A program made the translations under genes and the position numbers. From NCBI GenBank assembly GCA_947482115.1, contig CANKII010000001.1, positions 577,840 to 641,839 on the forward strand: a DNA stretch of 64,000 bases. Reading direction: 5' to 3'. Positions 1-9,464 of this stretch are shown piece after piece (within the stretch, counting starts at the first letter, position 1; every line of letters starts with the position of its first letter). The notes beneath the pieces were generated by a model, which was not told the DNA's origin, did not search any database, and saw only the letters and a list, made by a program, of their open reading frames with translations. The DNA comes from Fibrobacterota bacterium. Lineage in GTDB: Bacteria; Fibrobacterota; Fibrobacteria; UBA11236.

Positions 1-380
1 TGATAATCCTGAAGATTGGCCGATAGCGAAGCCGCGATGAACTCCAACGTGTCTTCCAGCTTATTCGGGGGCAACTTCAACGTACCGCCATCCTTGAGCA
101 AGCTGGAATAAAGTTGCAGTGTTGCCGTTTCTTCAGGCTTGTTCGGCAAATTCGGACGGGCGCACAACAAGGTGAGCTTCACGATGTCCAATGTGGAATC
201 GGGAACCAGATAAGCCACGGCTCCGTCTTTTAATTCCACGCGGTAGTCTTTGGGATAAGGCGGCTGATAAGACCATTGCGGAAAAACGATCTTCGAATAA
301 TGCGCAGGAATGGCGGGACCGGCGGGCTTTGCCGCCAAAGCTGCTGCAACGAAGGACAAGGCAAACAGAAGAGGTTTCAT
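1..380 (-). CDS. M16-family peptidase-like subunit (partial, N-terminal part; gene continues beyond the window start)
   Basis: Own translation of the minus strand from the ATG at 380..378: MKPLLFALSFVAAALAAKPAGPAIPAHYSKIVFPQW..., a signal-peptide-like N-terminus with no stop before the window edge. Its ATG overlaps the TGA of the upstream M16 gene (ATGA). M16 peptidases typically occur as adjacent pairs. The six-frame track lists only out-of-frame ORFs here. Confidence 0.5.
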   Translation of the reverse strand, partial: MKPLLFALSFVAAALAAKPAGPAIPAHYSKIVFPQWSYQPPYPKDYRVELKDGAVAYLVPDSTLDIVKLTLLCARPNLPNKPEETATLQLYSSLLKDGGTLKLPPNKLEDTLEFIAASLSANLQDY

Positions 381-1915
381 GGCTTACTCCCCTTGGGAAG
401 GAGAACCCCGACTGTTGCTGCATCACGCAGGAAGTATTTGGCGCAAACCTTCTGGACCTGTTCCGCACTGACTTTTTGCACGGCCTCCGGAAAGGTGTTG
501 ATGTTTTCCCAGCCGCCGCGCATTTCCCAATACGCCAGTTGCGTGGCAAGATTGTCGAGATTTTCCACGGCACGAATGCTGTTCGCAACCACTTGATTGC
601 GAGCGCGCTGCAATTCCCGTTCAGAGATGGGATGTTTGGCCATGTCGTCCAGCACTTCCCACACGGCCTTTTCCACCTTGTCTATTGCAGGAGCGCCATC
701 CAAATCCGCGCTAACCTGAAAATTTGAGGTGTATTTGGTAACATCATTTCCGGCCGAAGCGGAGATCGCCAGCTTCAACTCTTTCACGAGTTTCTGATAC
801 AGGCGACCGCTCTTTCCGGAGAGAACGCCTTCCACGACATCCAACGCATACAAGTCCTCGTTGGGAAACCCGGGCGTGTGAAAAAGAATGTCGAGCCGCG
901 GACGCGCATCGGCGCGATGCACGGTCAAGCGCTTTTCCCCGGCCTGTGGCGGCTCCTGCGTCACCACGGGAGGGAATTCCTCCCCGCGAGGAATTCCGTT
1001 GAAATAGCGTTTGATCTGGCTCATGGCCCAAGCCGTGTCCACATCTCCGGCCAGCACCAGAATGGCATTGTTGGGCTTGTAGTAACGGCGATAGTGATCC
1101 TCTGCCTCGCGCTGGGTCAGATATTTGATGTCGGAGGGATAACCAATGGTGGGAAAACGATAGGGATGCGCTTCGTAAAAAATGCCCATCAGACTTTCCC
1201 AATAGCGACCGGTAGGGCTGTCCTCGACACGCATGCGCCGTTCTTCCATCACCACATCGTGTTCCGGATAGAATTCGCGCAACACGGCATTTTTCATGCG
1301 GTCCGATTCCAACCACAGATAAAGTTCAACTTTATTTTTAGGAAGCGTCACAAAATAAGCCGTCATGAGGTCTGACGTAAACGCATTCAATTCCGTACCG
1401 CCGGCGCGTTCATAAGCGCCCCAGAGTTCTTCTTTGATCATGATTTTGCGCTGTTCGGCCAACAGAGAATCATAGCGCGACTTCCAACCGGCAGCCTTGA
1501 CTGAATCTTCGCGCACGGCTTCAAGACTATCCATCACCTTTTCAATTTTGGCTTCGAGAATCTGATCGCGTTTCGGATCGCTCGTTCCAATAGTCTTTGT
1601 GCCCTTGAACAGCAAATGCTCCAGCATGTGCGCAATGCCCGTGTGACCCGGCGCTTCATGCACCGAACCGGTCACATAAAACAAACGGCAGGACACGATG
1701 GGTGCGGTATGACTGGGATAAATGATGACCTTGAGGCCATTGTCCAATTGGGTATAAGCGGGATGAATGCCTTCGGCAGATGAAAGGCCGACAAAAATTG
1801 TCAGGGCGAGGCACCCTTCGACTACGCTCAGGGACCGTGCCTCGCCCTGACGCGAACCGGCGTTACGCCGGTTCAGGAACAATCGGCGCAGGTTCTGCAG
1901 GTGCATTGACCACAT
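377..1915 (-). CDS. M16 (pitrilysin/insulinase) family zinc peptidase, secreted
   Basis: 512-aa ORF with the inverted zinc-binding motif HxxEH (GIAHMLEHLLFKGT) and a hydrophobic signal-like segment after a long N-region. The exact start is uncertain: the ORF overlaps the upstream helicase by ~50 nt and contains hairpin element G. Confidence 0.8.
   Translation of the reverse strand: MWSMHLQNLRRLFLNRRNAGSRQGEARSLSVVEGCLALTIFVGLSSAEGIHPAYTQLDNGLKVIIYPSHTAPIVSCRLFYVTGSVHEAPGHTGIAHMLEHLLFKGTKTIGTSDPKRDQILEAKIEKVMDSLEAVREDSVKAAGWKSRYDSLLAEQRKIMIKEELWGAYERAGGTELNAFTSDLMTAYFVTLPKNKVELYLWLESDRMKNAVLREFYPEHDVVMEERRMRVEDSPTGRYWESLMGIFYEAHPYRFPTIGYPSDIKYLTQREAEDHYRRYYKPNNAILVLAGDVDTAWAMSQIKRYFNGIPRGEEFPPVVTQEPPQAGEKRLTVHRADARPRLDILFHTPGFPNEDLYALDVVEGVLSGKSGRLYQKLVKELKLAISASAGNDVTKYTSNFQVSADLDGAPAIDKVEKAVWEVLDDMAKHPISERELQRARNQVVANSIRAVENLDNLATQLAYWEMRGGWENINTFPEAVQKVSAEQVQKVCAKYFLRDAATVGVLLPKGSKP
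1800..1851. repeat. Hairpin element, type-2 core copy G: perfect 15-bp inverted repeat (gtcagggcgaggcac / gtgcctcgccctgac) around a 22-nt loop ccttcgactacgctcagggacc
   Basis: Read directly. The arms are exact reverse complements. The loop is the reverse complement of GGTCCCTGAGCGTAGTCGAAGG, which matches the type-2 core at 31449 and 61528 and resembles the type-1 core. It lies between the helicase stop (1863) and the peptidase hydrophobic core, in frame in the annotated peptidase N-terminus (RQGEARSLSVVEGCLALT). Confidence 0.7.
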
Positions 1916-3602
1916 AATCTTTCCACTCTTTCACTTCGTACGAATAACCCTGTTCGATCAGGAACAATTGCCGGTTCATCCCGAACTCCTGCTCTTTAGT
2001 GTCACGCGTGACGAGGGTATAAAAATGCGCCTTGGCTCCATTGATCTTGGGACGCAACACGCGACCTAGTCGCTGGGCTTCTTCCTGACGGCTGCCGAAA
2101 GCACCGGAAATTTGAATCAGCACATTGGCATCGGGAATGTCGACTGCAAAATTTCCCACCTTGGACACGATCAGGATTTGGATGATGCCTTCACGGAATT
2201 CCTGATAGATCCGTTCGCGTTCCCCGTTGGGCGTGGAACCGGTAATCATGGGTACGCCCAGAATTTCCTGAATCAGATCCAACTGGTTCAGATATTGACC
2301 GATGATCAGAATCCGATCACCGGGATGGCGGCGAATCAATTCCTTCACCACCGGAATCTTGTCCGGATTGGTGGAAGCCAGTACGGTTTTGTTTCGCAAG
2401 TCCGCAAGAGCATAGGTCACGCGTTCGCTGCCGCGCAGCGGAACCCGAATCTCCGTACAAACCGCAGTGGCGATCCAGCCCTGCCCTTCCAGAATTCTCC
2501 ATGGCACTTCAAATTTTTTGGGGCCGATGAGAGAGAAGACTTCCTTCTGCTTTCCATCCTCGCGAATCAAAGTCGCGGTCAAACCCAAACGGCGCGTAGC
2601 CTGCATGTCCGCGGAGATGCGGAACACCGGCGCAGGCAAAAGATGAACCTCGTCATAAATGATAAGGCCCCAGGCATTTTGTTCGAAGATTCCGAAATGC
2701 GGGAACTCTTCAGTCTTGCGTTTGCGATAGGTCAGGATTTGATAGGTCGCCACGGTCACCGGAGCAATGGTCTTCGAATCTCCGGTGTATTCTGAAATTT
2801 GATCCGGCCGAATGGTCGTCTTGTCGAGAATTTCTCGAATCCATTGACGCGCAGCCGTCACATTGGTAGTCAACACCAAGGTATGGCAACGACAACGCGC
2901 CATCACGGCCATTCCGATCACGGTTTTTCCCGCACCGCAAGGCAGAACAATGACACCCGAACCGCCCTTTTCCGATCCACCTGCATAAAAAACCCGTCCA
3001 GCGGCTTCCTGATAATCACGCAGCTTCATCGGACTGCCGGACAGCATGGTGTCGCGCATGTCGATTTCCAACGGAGTGCCGGCTACATAACCCGCAATAT
3101 CTTCAGCAGGAAACCCAATCTGTGTGAGGGCAACTTTGATGGGACCGCGTGAATGCGGACGAAGCAATGCCCTGCCGTTGACCGGAGGACGCTCCACATA
3201 TACGGCAATTTCCCGAACCTTGCAAACTTCTTCCAACAATTCCGCATTTTCGGATTCGAGAATCAAACCTTCCGAGTCACGGCTCAAACGCAACTGGCCA
3301 TAACGCTCCATGAAGGTTTCGATTTCATATACGACATTCGCGGGCAGCGCATAACGCGAATACTGGCGTAACACGTCCAGCACTTCCTTGGAACTGTGGC
3401 CGGCCGAAGCGGCGTTCCAGAGGGAGAGATGCGAAACAGCGTAAGTATGAACGTGTTCGGGACTTTTAATCAATTCGGTGAAAGGCGCAATGGCATCGCG
3501 AACCGCATCATGCTGCGGATGTGCCGCCTCGAGGAGGAGGGTCATGTCCCCCTGTACAATCAAGGGTTTTTCCACCGATGGATCCAAGTCGATTGATTGC
3601 AA
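1863..3602 (-). CDS. XPB/ERCC3 (Ssl2/Rad25)-like SF2 DNA helicase
   Basis: 579 aa. Walker A (LPCGAGKT), DEVH box (IIYDEVHLL), RED motif (LIREDGK) and a C-terminal helicase domain. Overall architecture resembles archaeal/bacterial XPB homologues. Confidence 0.75.
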   Translation of the reverse strand: MQSIDLDPSVEKPLIVQGDMTLLLEAAHPQHDAVRDAIAPFTELIKSPEHVHTYAVSHLSLWNAASAGHSSKEVLDVLRQYSRYALPANVVYEIETFMERYGQLRLSRDSEGLILESENAELLEEVCKVREIAVYVERPPVNGRALLRPHSRGPIKVALTQIGFPAEDIAGYVAGTPLEIDMRDTMLSGSPMKLRDYQEAAGRVFYAGGSEKGGSGVIVLPCGAGKTVIGMAVMARCRCHTLVLTTNVTAARQWIREILDKTTIRPDQISEYTGDSKTIAPVTVATYQILTYRKRKTEEFPHFGIFEQNAWGLIIYDEVHLLPAPVFRISADMQATRRLGLTATLIREDGKQKEVFSLIGPKKFEVPWRILEGQGWIATAVCTEIRVPLRGSERVTYALADLRNKTVLASTNPDKIPVVKELIRRHPGDRILIIGQYLNQLDLIQEILGVPMITGSTPNGERERIYQEFREGIIQILIVSKVGNFAVDIPDANVLIQISGAFGSRQEEAQRLGRVLRPKINGAKAHFYTLVTRDTKEQEFGMNRQLFLIEQGYSYEVKEWKDYVVNAPAEPAPIVPEPA

Positions 3603-3634
3603 ATTAGGCCTCGGAAAAGGGGTAAATTTAACTC

Positions 3635-4525
3635 CTAAGAGGGCGTTAAAACGCCATTGTCTTGCTTGAAAAAAGCCTGCTGTCGCGCCAAATGCGCCTT
3701 TTCGAATTCCTGTGCATCTTTCAATTCCTCTTCGGTCAAAACACCGGGTTCACCCGTCACTTCCAGAGCGGCTAGCATGGCTTTTGCCATCTCCAAAAAA
3801 CCTTCTTCGAATCCATTCTCAGGCAACGCGCGAATCTCACTCAACGACATGGCATGGCTTCGCAAGGAATCGAGATAAGCGGCACGTTGTTCTTCGTTGA
3901 GGCGGAGAATTTCCACCAGTCTTTCATGGTCCGGAGTCAAAGGAATGGAGCCATGTTGGAGAAAAGCTTCACGGGTCCTGCGCTGCGCCGAACCCACCAC
4001 CTTCCGTTCACCAAAAGCCAGTTCCGCCCGCGATGTGGATGCAAAACACGGCAGGGTGGATTGTTGGGTTATGGATTTTTTTGTTGAGGCGGACAGTCGG
4101 GGTAGCGCGGTCCCTGAGCCTGTCGAAGGGTGCGCCCCGACAACCGATAGACCAAATCCATTCAATGCCGCTGCCAACGCCCATCCGATCCGCTCATGCG
4201 AAACCGCCAGCGTCGAACACCATGCAGCCTCATCGCGTCGGGCAATCAGGGAATAAGTCAACTCTTCGGCATGCAATACCGCGCGCCCACCGGTGGGTCG
4301 CAACACAAAATCCCAACCGCGTTCTTGCAAGGCCGCCCTATCAAATTCTTCCGAAGGTTTCTGGAAATAGCCAAGGCTCACACACCAGGGTTCCCAACCG
4401 TAAAATCGCACCGTTGGCGGAGAGCGCTTCTCTTCCACCGCTTTCAGAACGGCTGCATCCACCGCCATGTTGAATGCTCCGCGATGTTTACCCGTGAATA
4501 AAATGCGCCACGGTTTTGCGTTCAT
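3635..4525 (-). CDS. Lipoate-protein ligase / octanoyltransferase family protein (BPL/LPL catalytic domain)
   Basis: 296 aa. The N-terminus (FTGKHRGAFNMAVDAAVLKAVEE...RFYGWEPWCVSLGYFQ) is typical of the LplA/LipM family. It carries an in-frame copy of hairpin element A encoding HPSTGSGTALPRL. Confidence 0.65.
   Translation of the reverse strand: MNAKPWRILFTGKHRGAFNMAVDAAVLKAVEEKRSPPTVRFYGWEPWCVSLGYFQKPSEEFDRAALQERGWDFVLRPTGGRAVLHAEELTYSLIARRDEAAWCSTLAVSHERIGWALAAALNGFGLSVVGAHPSTGSGTALPRLSASTKKSITQQSTLPCFASTSRAELAFGERKVVGSAQRRTREAFLQHGSIPLTPDHERLVEILRLNEEQRAAYLDSLRSHAMSLSEIRALPENGFEEGFLEMAKAMLAALEVTGEPGVLTEEELKDAQEFEKAHLARQQAFFKQDNGVLTPS
4096..4141. repeat. Hairpin element, type-1 core copy A (GGTCCCTGAGCCTGTCGAAGGG at 4109..4130) with imperfect flanking inverted repeats (gtcggggtagcgcg / tgcgccccgac)
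   Basis: Read directly. It lies inside the lipoate ligase CDS, in frame. Confidence 0.7.
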
Positions 4526-5289
4526 TCAAGACCGCCACCATGGGATTCCAGCGCATCCCGCGCCCCGGCCTGCTCCGCAATTTTCTTGGAAGTTCCGTTT
4601 CCACGGCCCCATTCCTCACCGCGCACTTTCACCGATACGACAAAATTCTTGCGGTGTTCCGGCCCGGATTCATCCGCTACTTCGTAGGATGGAACACCAT
4701 AACCTTGCGATTGCGTGAACTCCAACAACAGGCTTTTATAATTGGCGAGATCGGCATCGGACAAAACATCGTCCATGATGCGCATCAAAGTGCTGTGAAT
4801 CATGCGGCGCACCGACTCATACCCACCGTCGAGATACACGGCGCCCAACACGGCTTCATAGGCATCCGCGAGTATGTTCAGCCGCTGTCGTCCACCCGCT
4901 TTTTCCTCCGACTTACTGAGTAGGATATACGCCCCCAAATCCCATTGCGCCGCACACAGCCCCAATACTTTCGCACTGACCACCAGCGATTTCATCTGGG
5001 ACAATTCGCCTTCCTCGCAATCGGGATGATGGCGGAACAAATAATCGGTGACAATGGAATTCAACACTGCATCGCCCAAAAATTCCAGCCGTTCATTGGA
5101 CGAAGGACGGCGGGAAGCCTTGATGTTATTCACCCAGGAACGGTGCGATAATGCTTTTTCGAGATGACGGGGATCAAAGAACGTATAGCCCAATACTTTT
5201 TCCAACTGGGTCAAACGTGCTTGCTTGGAGGCTTCGCTGCGCCGTGGCTTGAACAAGCGCCACAACGAAGCGAAGAAATTATGCGTCAA
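4522..5289 (-). CDS. rnc: Ribonuclease III
   Basis: RNase III signature ERLEFLGDAVLNSIV, a second catalytic region (EAVLGAVYLDGG) and a C-terminal dsRBD. Confidence 0.9.
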   Translation of the reverse strand: MTHNFFASLWRLFKPRRSEASKQARLTQLEKVLGYTFFDPRHLEKALSHRSWVNNIKASRRPSSNERLEFLGDAVLNSIVTDYLFRHHPDCEEGELSQMKSLVVSAKVLGLCAAQWDLGAYILLSKSEEKAGGRQRLNILADAYEAVLGAVYLDGGYESVRRMIHSTLMRIMDDVLSDADLANYKSLLLEFTQSQGYGVPSYEVADESGPEHRKNFVVSVKVRGEEWGRGNGTSKKIAEQAGARDALESHGGGLE

Positions 5290-5305
5290 CAGGGGAAAGA
5301 AAAAA

Positions 5306-5545
5306 TCAGGACTTGGATTTTACGTAAGCGATGACATCGCTCACCTTCTTGAGCTTCTCGGCTTCTTCGTCCGGAATCTCAATGTCAAACTCATCTTCGA
5401 GGGCCATGACCAGTTCGACCTGATCAAGGGAGTCCGCACCCAAGTCTTCGGCAAAGGCCGCTTCCGGCTTTACTTTGTCCTCGGTGACACCCAGTTTTTC
5501 GACGATCACCTTGGTGATTTTTGGCAGCAGTTCATCAGACATCAC
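5306..5545 (-). CDS. acpP: Acyl carrier protein
   Basis: 79 aa with the phosphopantetheine-attachment motif [16 protein letters not shown], located in the fab cluster. Confidence 0.9.
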   Translation of the reverse strand: MMSDELLPKITKVIVEKLGVTEDKVKPEAAFAEDLGADSLDQVELVMALEDEFDIEIPDEEAEKLKKVSDVIAYVKSKS

Positions 5546-5657
5546 TGTCTCCTTAAAAGTGGAATTGAAGGGACAAACCCCTTATTTGGCTTAATATAAC
5601 AACGGGGCCCATTTACTTCGCACCATTTTTGCCTTTTTTGCGCATTTCAATCCGGCC

Positions 5658-6404
5658 TCAAATACCCATTCCGCCATCAATGGAAAGGACCTGGCCCGTG
5701 AGATAAGCCGATTCACGCGAGGCCAGATAGGCGGTCAAATCCGCGATCTCCCCCGCTCCACCCATACGGCCCATTGGGATGGATGCAAGGATTCCCGTTT
5801 TCTGAGCCTCGTTAAGTGCTTGAGTCATATCGGATTCGATGAATCCTGGCGCAATCGCGTTGCAGGTAATATTGCGGGAAGCCACTTCCTTGGCGCAGCT
5901 CTTGGTGAAACCAATAATACCCGCCTTGGACGCTGCGTAATTGGCCTGACCGGCCTGACCATGCACCCCGACAATGGAGGTGAGGTTGATGATACGTCCA
6001 TACTTTTGCCGGATCATGGTTTTCACTGCCGAGCGGCTGCACAGAAAAACAGAACGCAGATTGATGCGGATGACTTCATCGAAGTCTTCATCCTTCATGC
6101 GCATGAGCAAGCCATCTTTGGTGATGCCGGCATTGTTGACCAGAATTTCCAAGGAGGGAGTCAACTTTAACACGGCATCGAATAAAGCATTCACGGCTGC
6201 GGAATCTCCAATATCCGCCGCATGGGCATGAGTCGTTGATCCGGTTTCAGCGGCGATTTTCTTCGCGGCCTCCTGAATGGCTTCTGCATTACGCGCCACT
6301 AGATGCACCGTCGCGCCTTGTTGCGCGAGGCGCAAAGCGATGGCATATCCCAATCCACGGCTCGCGCCGGTCACCAATGCGGTTTGTCCTTTGAGGTCGA
6401 TCAT
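5658..6404 (-). CDS. fabG: 3-oxoacyl-[ACP] reductase (SDR family)
   Basis: TGASRGLGYAIA Rossmann motif and YxxxK catalytic motif; lies between fabD and acpP. Confidence 0.85.
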   Translation of the reverse strand: MIDLKGQTALVTGASRGLGYAIALRLAQQGATVHLVARNAEAIQEAAKKIAAETGSTTHAHAADIGDSAAVNALFDAVLKLTPSLEILVNNAGITKDGLLMRMKDEDFDEVIRINLRSVFLCSRSAVKTMIRQKYGRIINLTSIVGVHGQAGQANYAASKAGIIGFTKSCAKEVASRNITCNAIAPGFIESDMTQALNEAQKTGILASIPMGRMGGAGEIADLTAYLASRESAYLTGQVLSIDGGMGI

Positions 6405-7312
6405 GCCAAATCCTCCGGGTTCTCCACCGGTGTAATCTTCAAATCGCGGGAAATACCGCGAGCCAGTCCCATCAATACTTTTCCTGCGCCCACTTCAAGT
6501 CCTTCGACCACGCCCAGAGACATGGCTTGTTGAATCGATTCCACCCAGCGCACAGGAGAAGTGAGCTGTCGCAGCAGTCCGGTTCTCAACGTTTCCGGAT
6601 CACTTTCCGCTGCTGCATCCACATTGGTAATGACGGGAACCTTGGCACGAAACAGAGTCACGGCACCCAATCCTTTTCGCAAACCTTCCACGGCGAATTC
6701 CATCAACGGAGAATGGAAAGCGCCGCTCACCGGTAAACGAACCACTTTCTTCGCACCCATTTCGGCGCACAATTTTTCTGCAGCTTCGACTCCAGCGCTT
6801 TCTCCCGAAATAACAATTTGCGAAGGACTGTTGAAATTTGCCGCCACGACAATCCCTGATGCGGACGCTGCTTTCAGGGCTTCTTCCAGTTTCTCACGTT
6901 CCAAACCGAGAATGGCGGACATGGCTCCGGGTCTTGCTTCACCGGCTTTGGACATCAGCTCGCCGCGCAAACGCACGAGTCTCAATCCGTCGGCAAAAGA
7001 GAAAACACCCGCAGCGCAAAGCGCAGAATATTCTCCGAGGGAATGTCCGGCCACATAATTGAACTCCACGCCGCGTTCGCGAACCCATTCCATCGCCATC
7101 ATGGACACGGTGAACAAAGCGGGCTGGGTGTTTTCCGTGGCGGTCAGTTTTTCTTCAGGTCCATTCCACAGAATGTCGGACAAATCAAAACCCAACACCG
7201 AGTTGGCTTCATCGAGAATTTTTTTAGCTCCGGCATGGGACTCGGAAAGTTTTTTTCCCATTCCGAGATATTGGGAACCTTGACCGGGGAAAAGGAGAAT
7301 GCGATTGCTCAT
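6401..7312 (-). CDS. fabD: Malonyl-CoA:ACP transacylase
   Basis: GHSLGEYSAL active-site motif; 303 aa. Its start overlaps the fabH end region. Confidence 0.9.
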   Translation of the reverse strand: MSNRILLFPGQGSQYLGMGKKLSESHAGAKKILDEANSVLGFDLSDILWNGPEEKLTATENTQPALFTVSMMAMEWVRERGVEFNYVAGHSLGEYSALCAAGVFSFADGLRLVRLRGELMSKAGEARPGAMSAILGLEREKLEEALKAASASGIVVAANFNSPSQIVISGESAGVEAAEKLCAEMGAKKVVRLPVSGAFHSPLMEFAVEGLRKGLGAVTLFRAKVPVITNVDAAAESDPETLRTGLLRQLTSPVRWVESIQQAMSLGVVEGLEVGAGKVLMGLARGISRDLKITPVENPEDLA

Positions 7313-7332
7313 ATTTTACCTCCCGAGTTCTT

Positions 7333-8283
7333 TCACCATCTTACCAAATTACAACCCCAGGACATCCCGCCTCCCACCGCGGCCAATGCCACCAGCATTC
7401 CCGGCTTCAATCGCCCATCGCGTTCGGCTTCATAAAGCGCCAGCGGAATGGAGGCGGACGATGTGTTGCCATAGCGATTCACATTGATCATAACCTTCTC
7501 TTCAGGAAGATCGAGCTTCTCGGCAATGGCTGTCAGAATGCGAATGTTGGCCTGATGCATGACGAGTAAATCGACATCCTTGGGCAGAAGATTTTCCAAG
7601 GCGAGCGTATCCTTCACCACTTTGGACACTTCGGAAACCGCCAGCTTGAACACCTGCTTGCCATCCATGCGCATGGTGGCTTTGTCGGAAAGAATATTGT
7701 CCAGATAAAGAATTCCGGCCTGCCCGCCGTCGCTGCGCAACAAGGAGCGAATCACGCCGCGATCTTTCGGACCTTTGCTGATCAAGGCCGCAGCTCCCGC
7801 ATCGCCGAAGAGAATGCAGGTGTTGCGATCCGTCCAATCCACCACGCGGGACAATACTTCCGCACCGATGACCAGCACGTTGTCGCATTGACCGGAGTCG
7901 ATCAATAAGGATGCGAGATTGACTCCGTACACAAATCCCGCACAGGCGGCCGTAATGTCGAAGGCGAAGGCGTTCTTCGCGCCGATCTTTTCCTGAATGA
8001 AACACGCTGTGGCGGGAAATTGTTTGTCCGGAACTACCGAACCGGCGATGATGGCGCCGACTTGTTCGGGTTTGATGCCCGCCTTTTCCAAGGCACTTAA
8101 AGCCGCAGCCGCTCCGAGATCGGAAGCATGCAGACCACTGTCCTTGGGAAGAATATGCCGTTCTTTAATGCCGGTGCGGGTGGTAATCCACTCGTCGGAA
8201 GTTTCCACCATGCGCTCGAGTTCGGCGTTGGTGAGAATATTTTCCGGAACGCAAATCCCGAGGCCGCGGATAATCGCGCCCAT
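7333..8283 (-). CDS. fabH: 3-oxoacyl-[ACP] synthase III
   Basis: FabH-like sequence with the active-site Cys in AACAGF. The track ORF extends to 8457, but that 58-aa extension is low-complexity and overlaps plsX. The ATG at 8283 (MGAIIRGLGICVPEN) overlaps the plsX stop as TGATG and gives a typical ~316-aa FabH. Confidence 0.85.
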   Translation of the reverse strand: MGAIIRGLGICVPENILTNAELERMVETSDEWITTRTGIKERHILPKDSGLHASDLGAAAALSALEKAGIKPEQVGAIIAGSVVPDKQFPATACFIQEKIGAKNAFAFDITAACAGFVYGVNLASLLIDSGQCDNVLVIGAEVLSRVVDWTDRNTCILFGDAGAAALISKGPKDRGVIRSLLRSDGGQAGILYLDNILSDKATMRMDGKQVFKLAVSEVSKVVKDTLALENLLPKDVDLLVMHQANIRILTAIAEKLDLPEEKVMINVNRYGNTSSASIPLALYEAERDGRLKPGMLVALAAVGGGMSWGCNLVRW

Positions 8284-9245
8284 CAAGCCACCTGGGCGAG
8301 TTTGGCGGCGATTTTTTCGACAACGCCAGCTTCTGCCTGACGATAGGCCGCGTCCAATCCATTCTTGATGGCCTTGGCATCGGCACGACCGTGCGTAATC
8401 AATCCGGTGCCATTCAATCCCAGCAGCAAAGCCGCACCGAAATTGGAATAATCCCAATCGTGTTCAAATTGCTTGCCTGCGGGAGAATCAATGTTGCCGA
8501 ACAATTTGAGATGGTATTCGTGGAAGCCTTCCATCAGCTTCAACACGACATTGCCCGTGTAACCGGGAGTGACGACGACATCAACTTCGCCCTTGAGCAA
8601 ATCGCGGCCTTCGATATTCCCGATAAAATTAAGCGGAGCCTGCTTGAGCAATTGATGCGTTTCCTGCAAAGACTCGGGACCTTTTTTCTCTTCCTCACCC
8701 ATGTTCAGCAAGCCGACGGTAGGATTATTACGTCCGAGAACCGCTTCAGCGAATACAGAACCGCAAATACCGAAGCACACCAAGGTCTGCGGCTTTTCAT
8801 CCACGTTCGCACCGCAATCGAGCACGACGGTTTTTTTACCGAGCGATGGCATGACGCAAGCGATGGCGGGACGCGGAATTTGTCCCACGCGACCGAGAAT
8901 CATGAGACAGGCAGCCATCATGGCGCCGGAATTTCCGGCGGAGATGCTGGCTTGAACCTTGCCCATCTTTTGTAATTGCACACAGGCGACAAGACCGGAG
9001 TCCTGCTTTGTTTTGAGAACGACAGTGGGAGAGTCGTCCATGTTAACGATGCCGGGAGCATGGAAGACTTCAATGCCTTCACCCGACCAGCCGTATTTTT
9101 TTAAAAGGGAATCGACCGTGTCCTGAGGACCGGCGAGTACGATGCCGTAACGTCCCTGCGCTTCGCGGGCGGCGAGAACGGCACCTTCAACCACAGCTTC
9201 GGGGGCATTGTCCCCGCCCATGGCGTCTAATGCAACTTTAATCAT
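8283..9245 (-). CDS. plsX: Phosphate acyltransferase PlsX
   Basis: MIKVALDAMGGDNAPEAVVEGA... is a typical PlsX N-terminus; 320 aa. Confidence 0.9.
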   Translation of the reverse strand: MIKVALDAMGGDNAPEAVVEGAVLAAREAQGRYGIVLAGPQDTVDSLLKKYGWSGEGIEVFHAPGIVNMDDSPTVVLKTKQDSGLVACVQLQKMGKVQASISAGNSGAMMAACLMILGRVGQIPRPAIACVMPSLGKKTVVLDCGANVDEKPQTLVCFGICGSVFAEAVLGRNNPTVGLLNMGEEEKKGPESLQETHQLLKQAPLNFIGNIEGRDLLKGEVDVVVTPGYTGNVVLKLMEGFHEYHLKLFGNIDSPAGKQFEHDWDYSNFGAALLLGLNGTGLITHGRADAKAIKNGLDAAYRQAEAGVVEKIAAKLAQVA

Positions 9246-9263
9246 CGAATTGGAAAGAGGACT

Positions 9264-9443
9264 TTACTCCGCCGGCTGGCGGACCTCCACATTACCATAG
9301 AAACCACAGTTCGCACAAACGCGGTGACCCATTTTGATCTGGCCGCAATGCGAACATTTGGTGGTGGCCGGAACCGTCAACACCCAGTGGGTCTTGCGCT
9401 TGTCGCGACGCGTCGTCGAAGTTTTTCTTTTTGGAACTGCCAT
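9264..9443 (-). CDS. rpmF: 50S ribosomal protein L32
   Basis: Own translation from the minus-strand ATG at 9443: MAVPKRKTSTTRRDKRKTHWVLTVPATTKCSHCGQIKMGHRVCANCGFYGNVEVRQPAE (59 aa) with the L32 signature and CxxC...CxxC. It is missing from the six-frame track because it is under 60 aa. Confidence 0.8.
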   Translation of the reverse strand: MAVPKRKTSTTRRDKRKTHWVLTVPATTKCSHCGQIKMGHRVCANCGFYGNVEVRQPAE

Positions 9444-9464
9444 TTTTCACTCCCGATGGGTCTA

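Noticed and set aside
7333-8457. Track version of fabH with a 58-aa N-terminal extension
   Set aside because: The extension is Arg/Cys-rich junk that overlaps plsX. The internal ATG at 8283 gives a canonical FabH.
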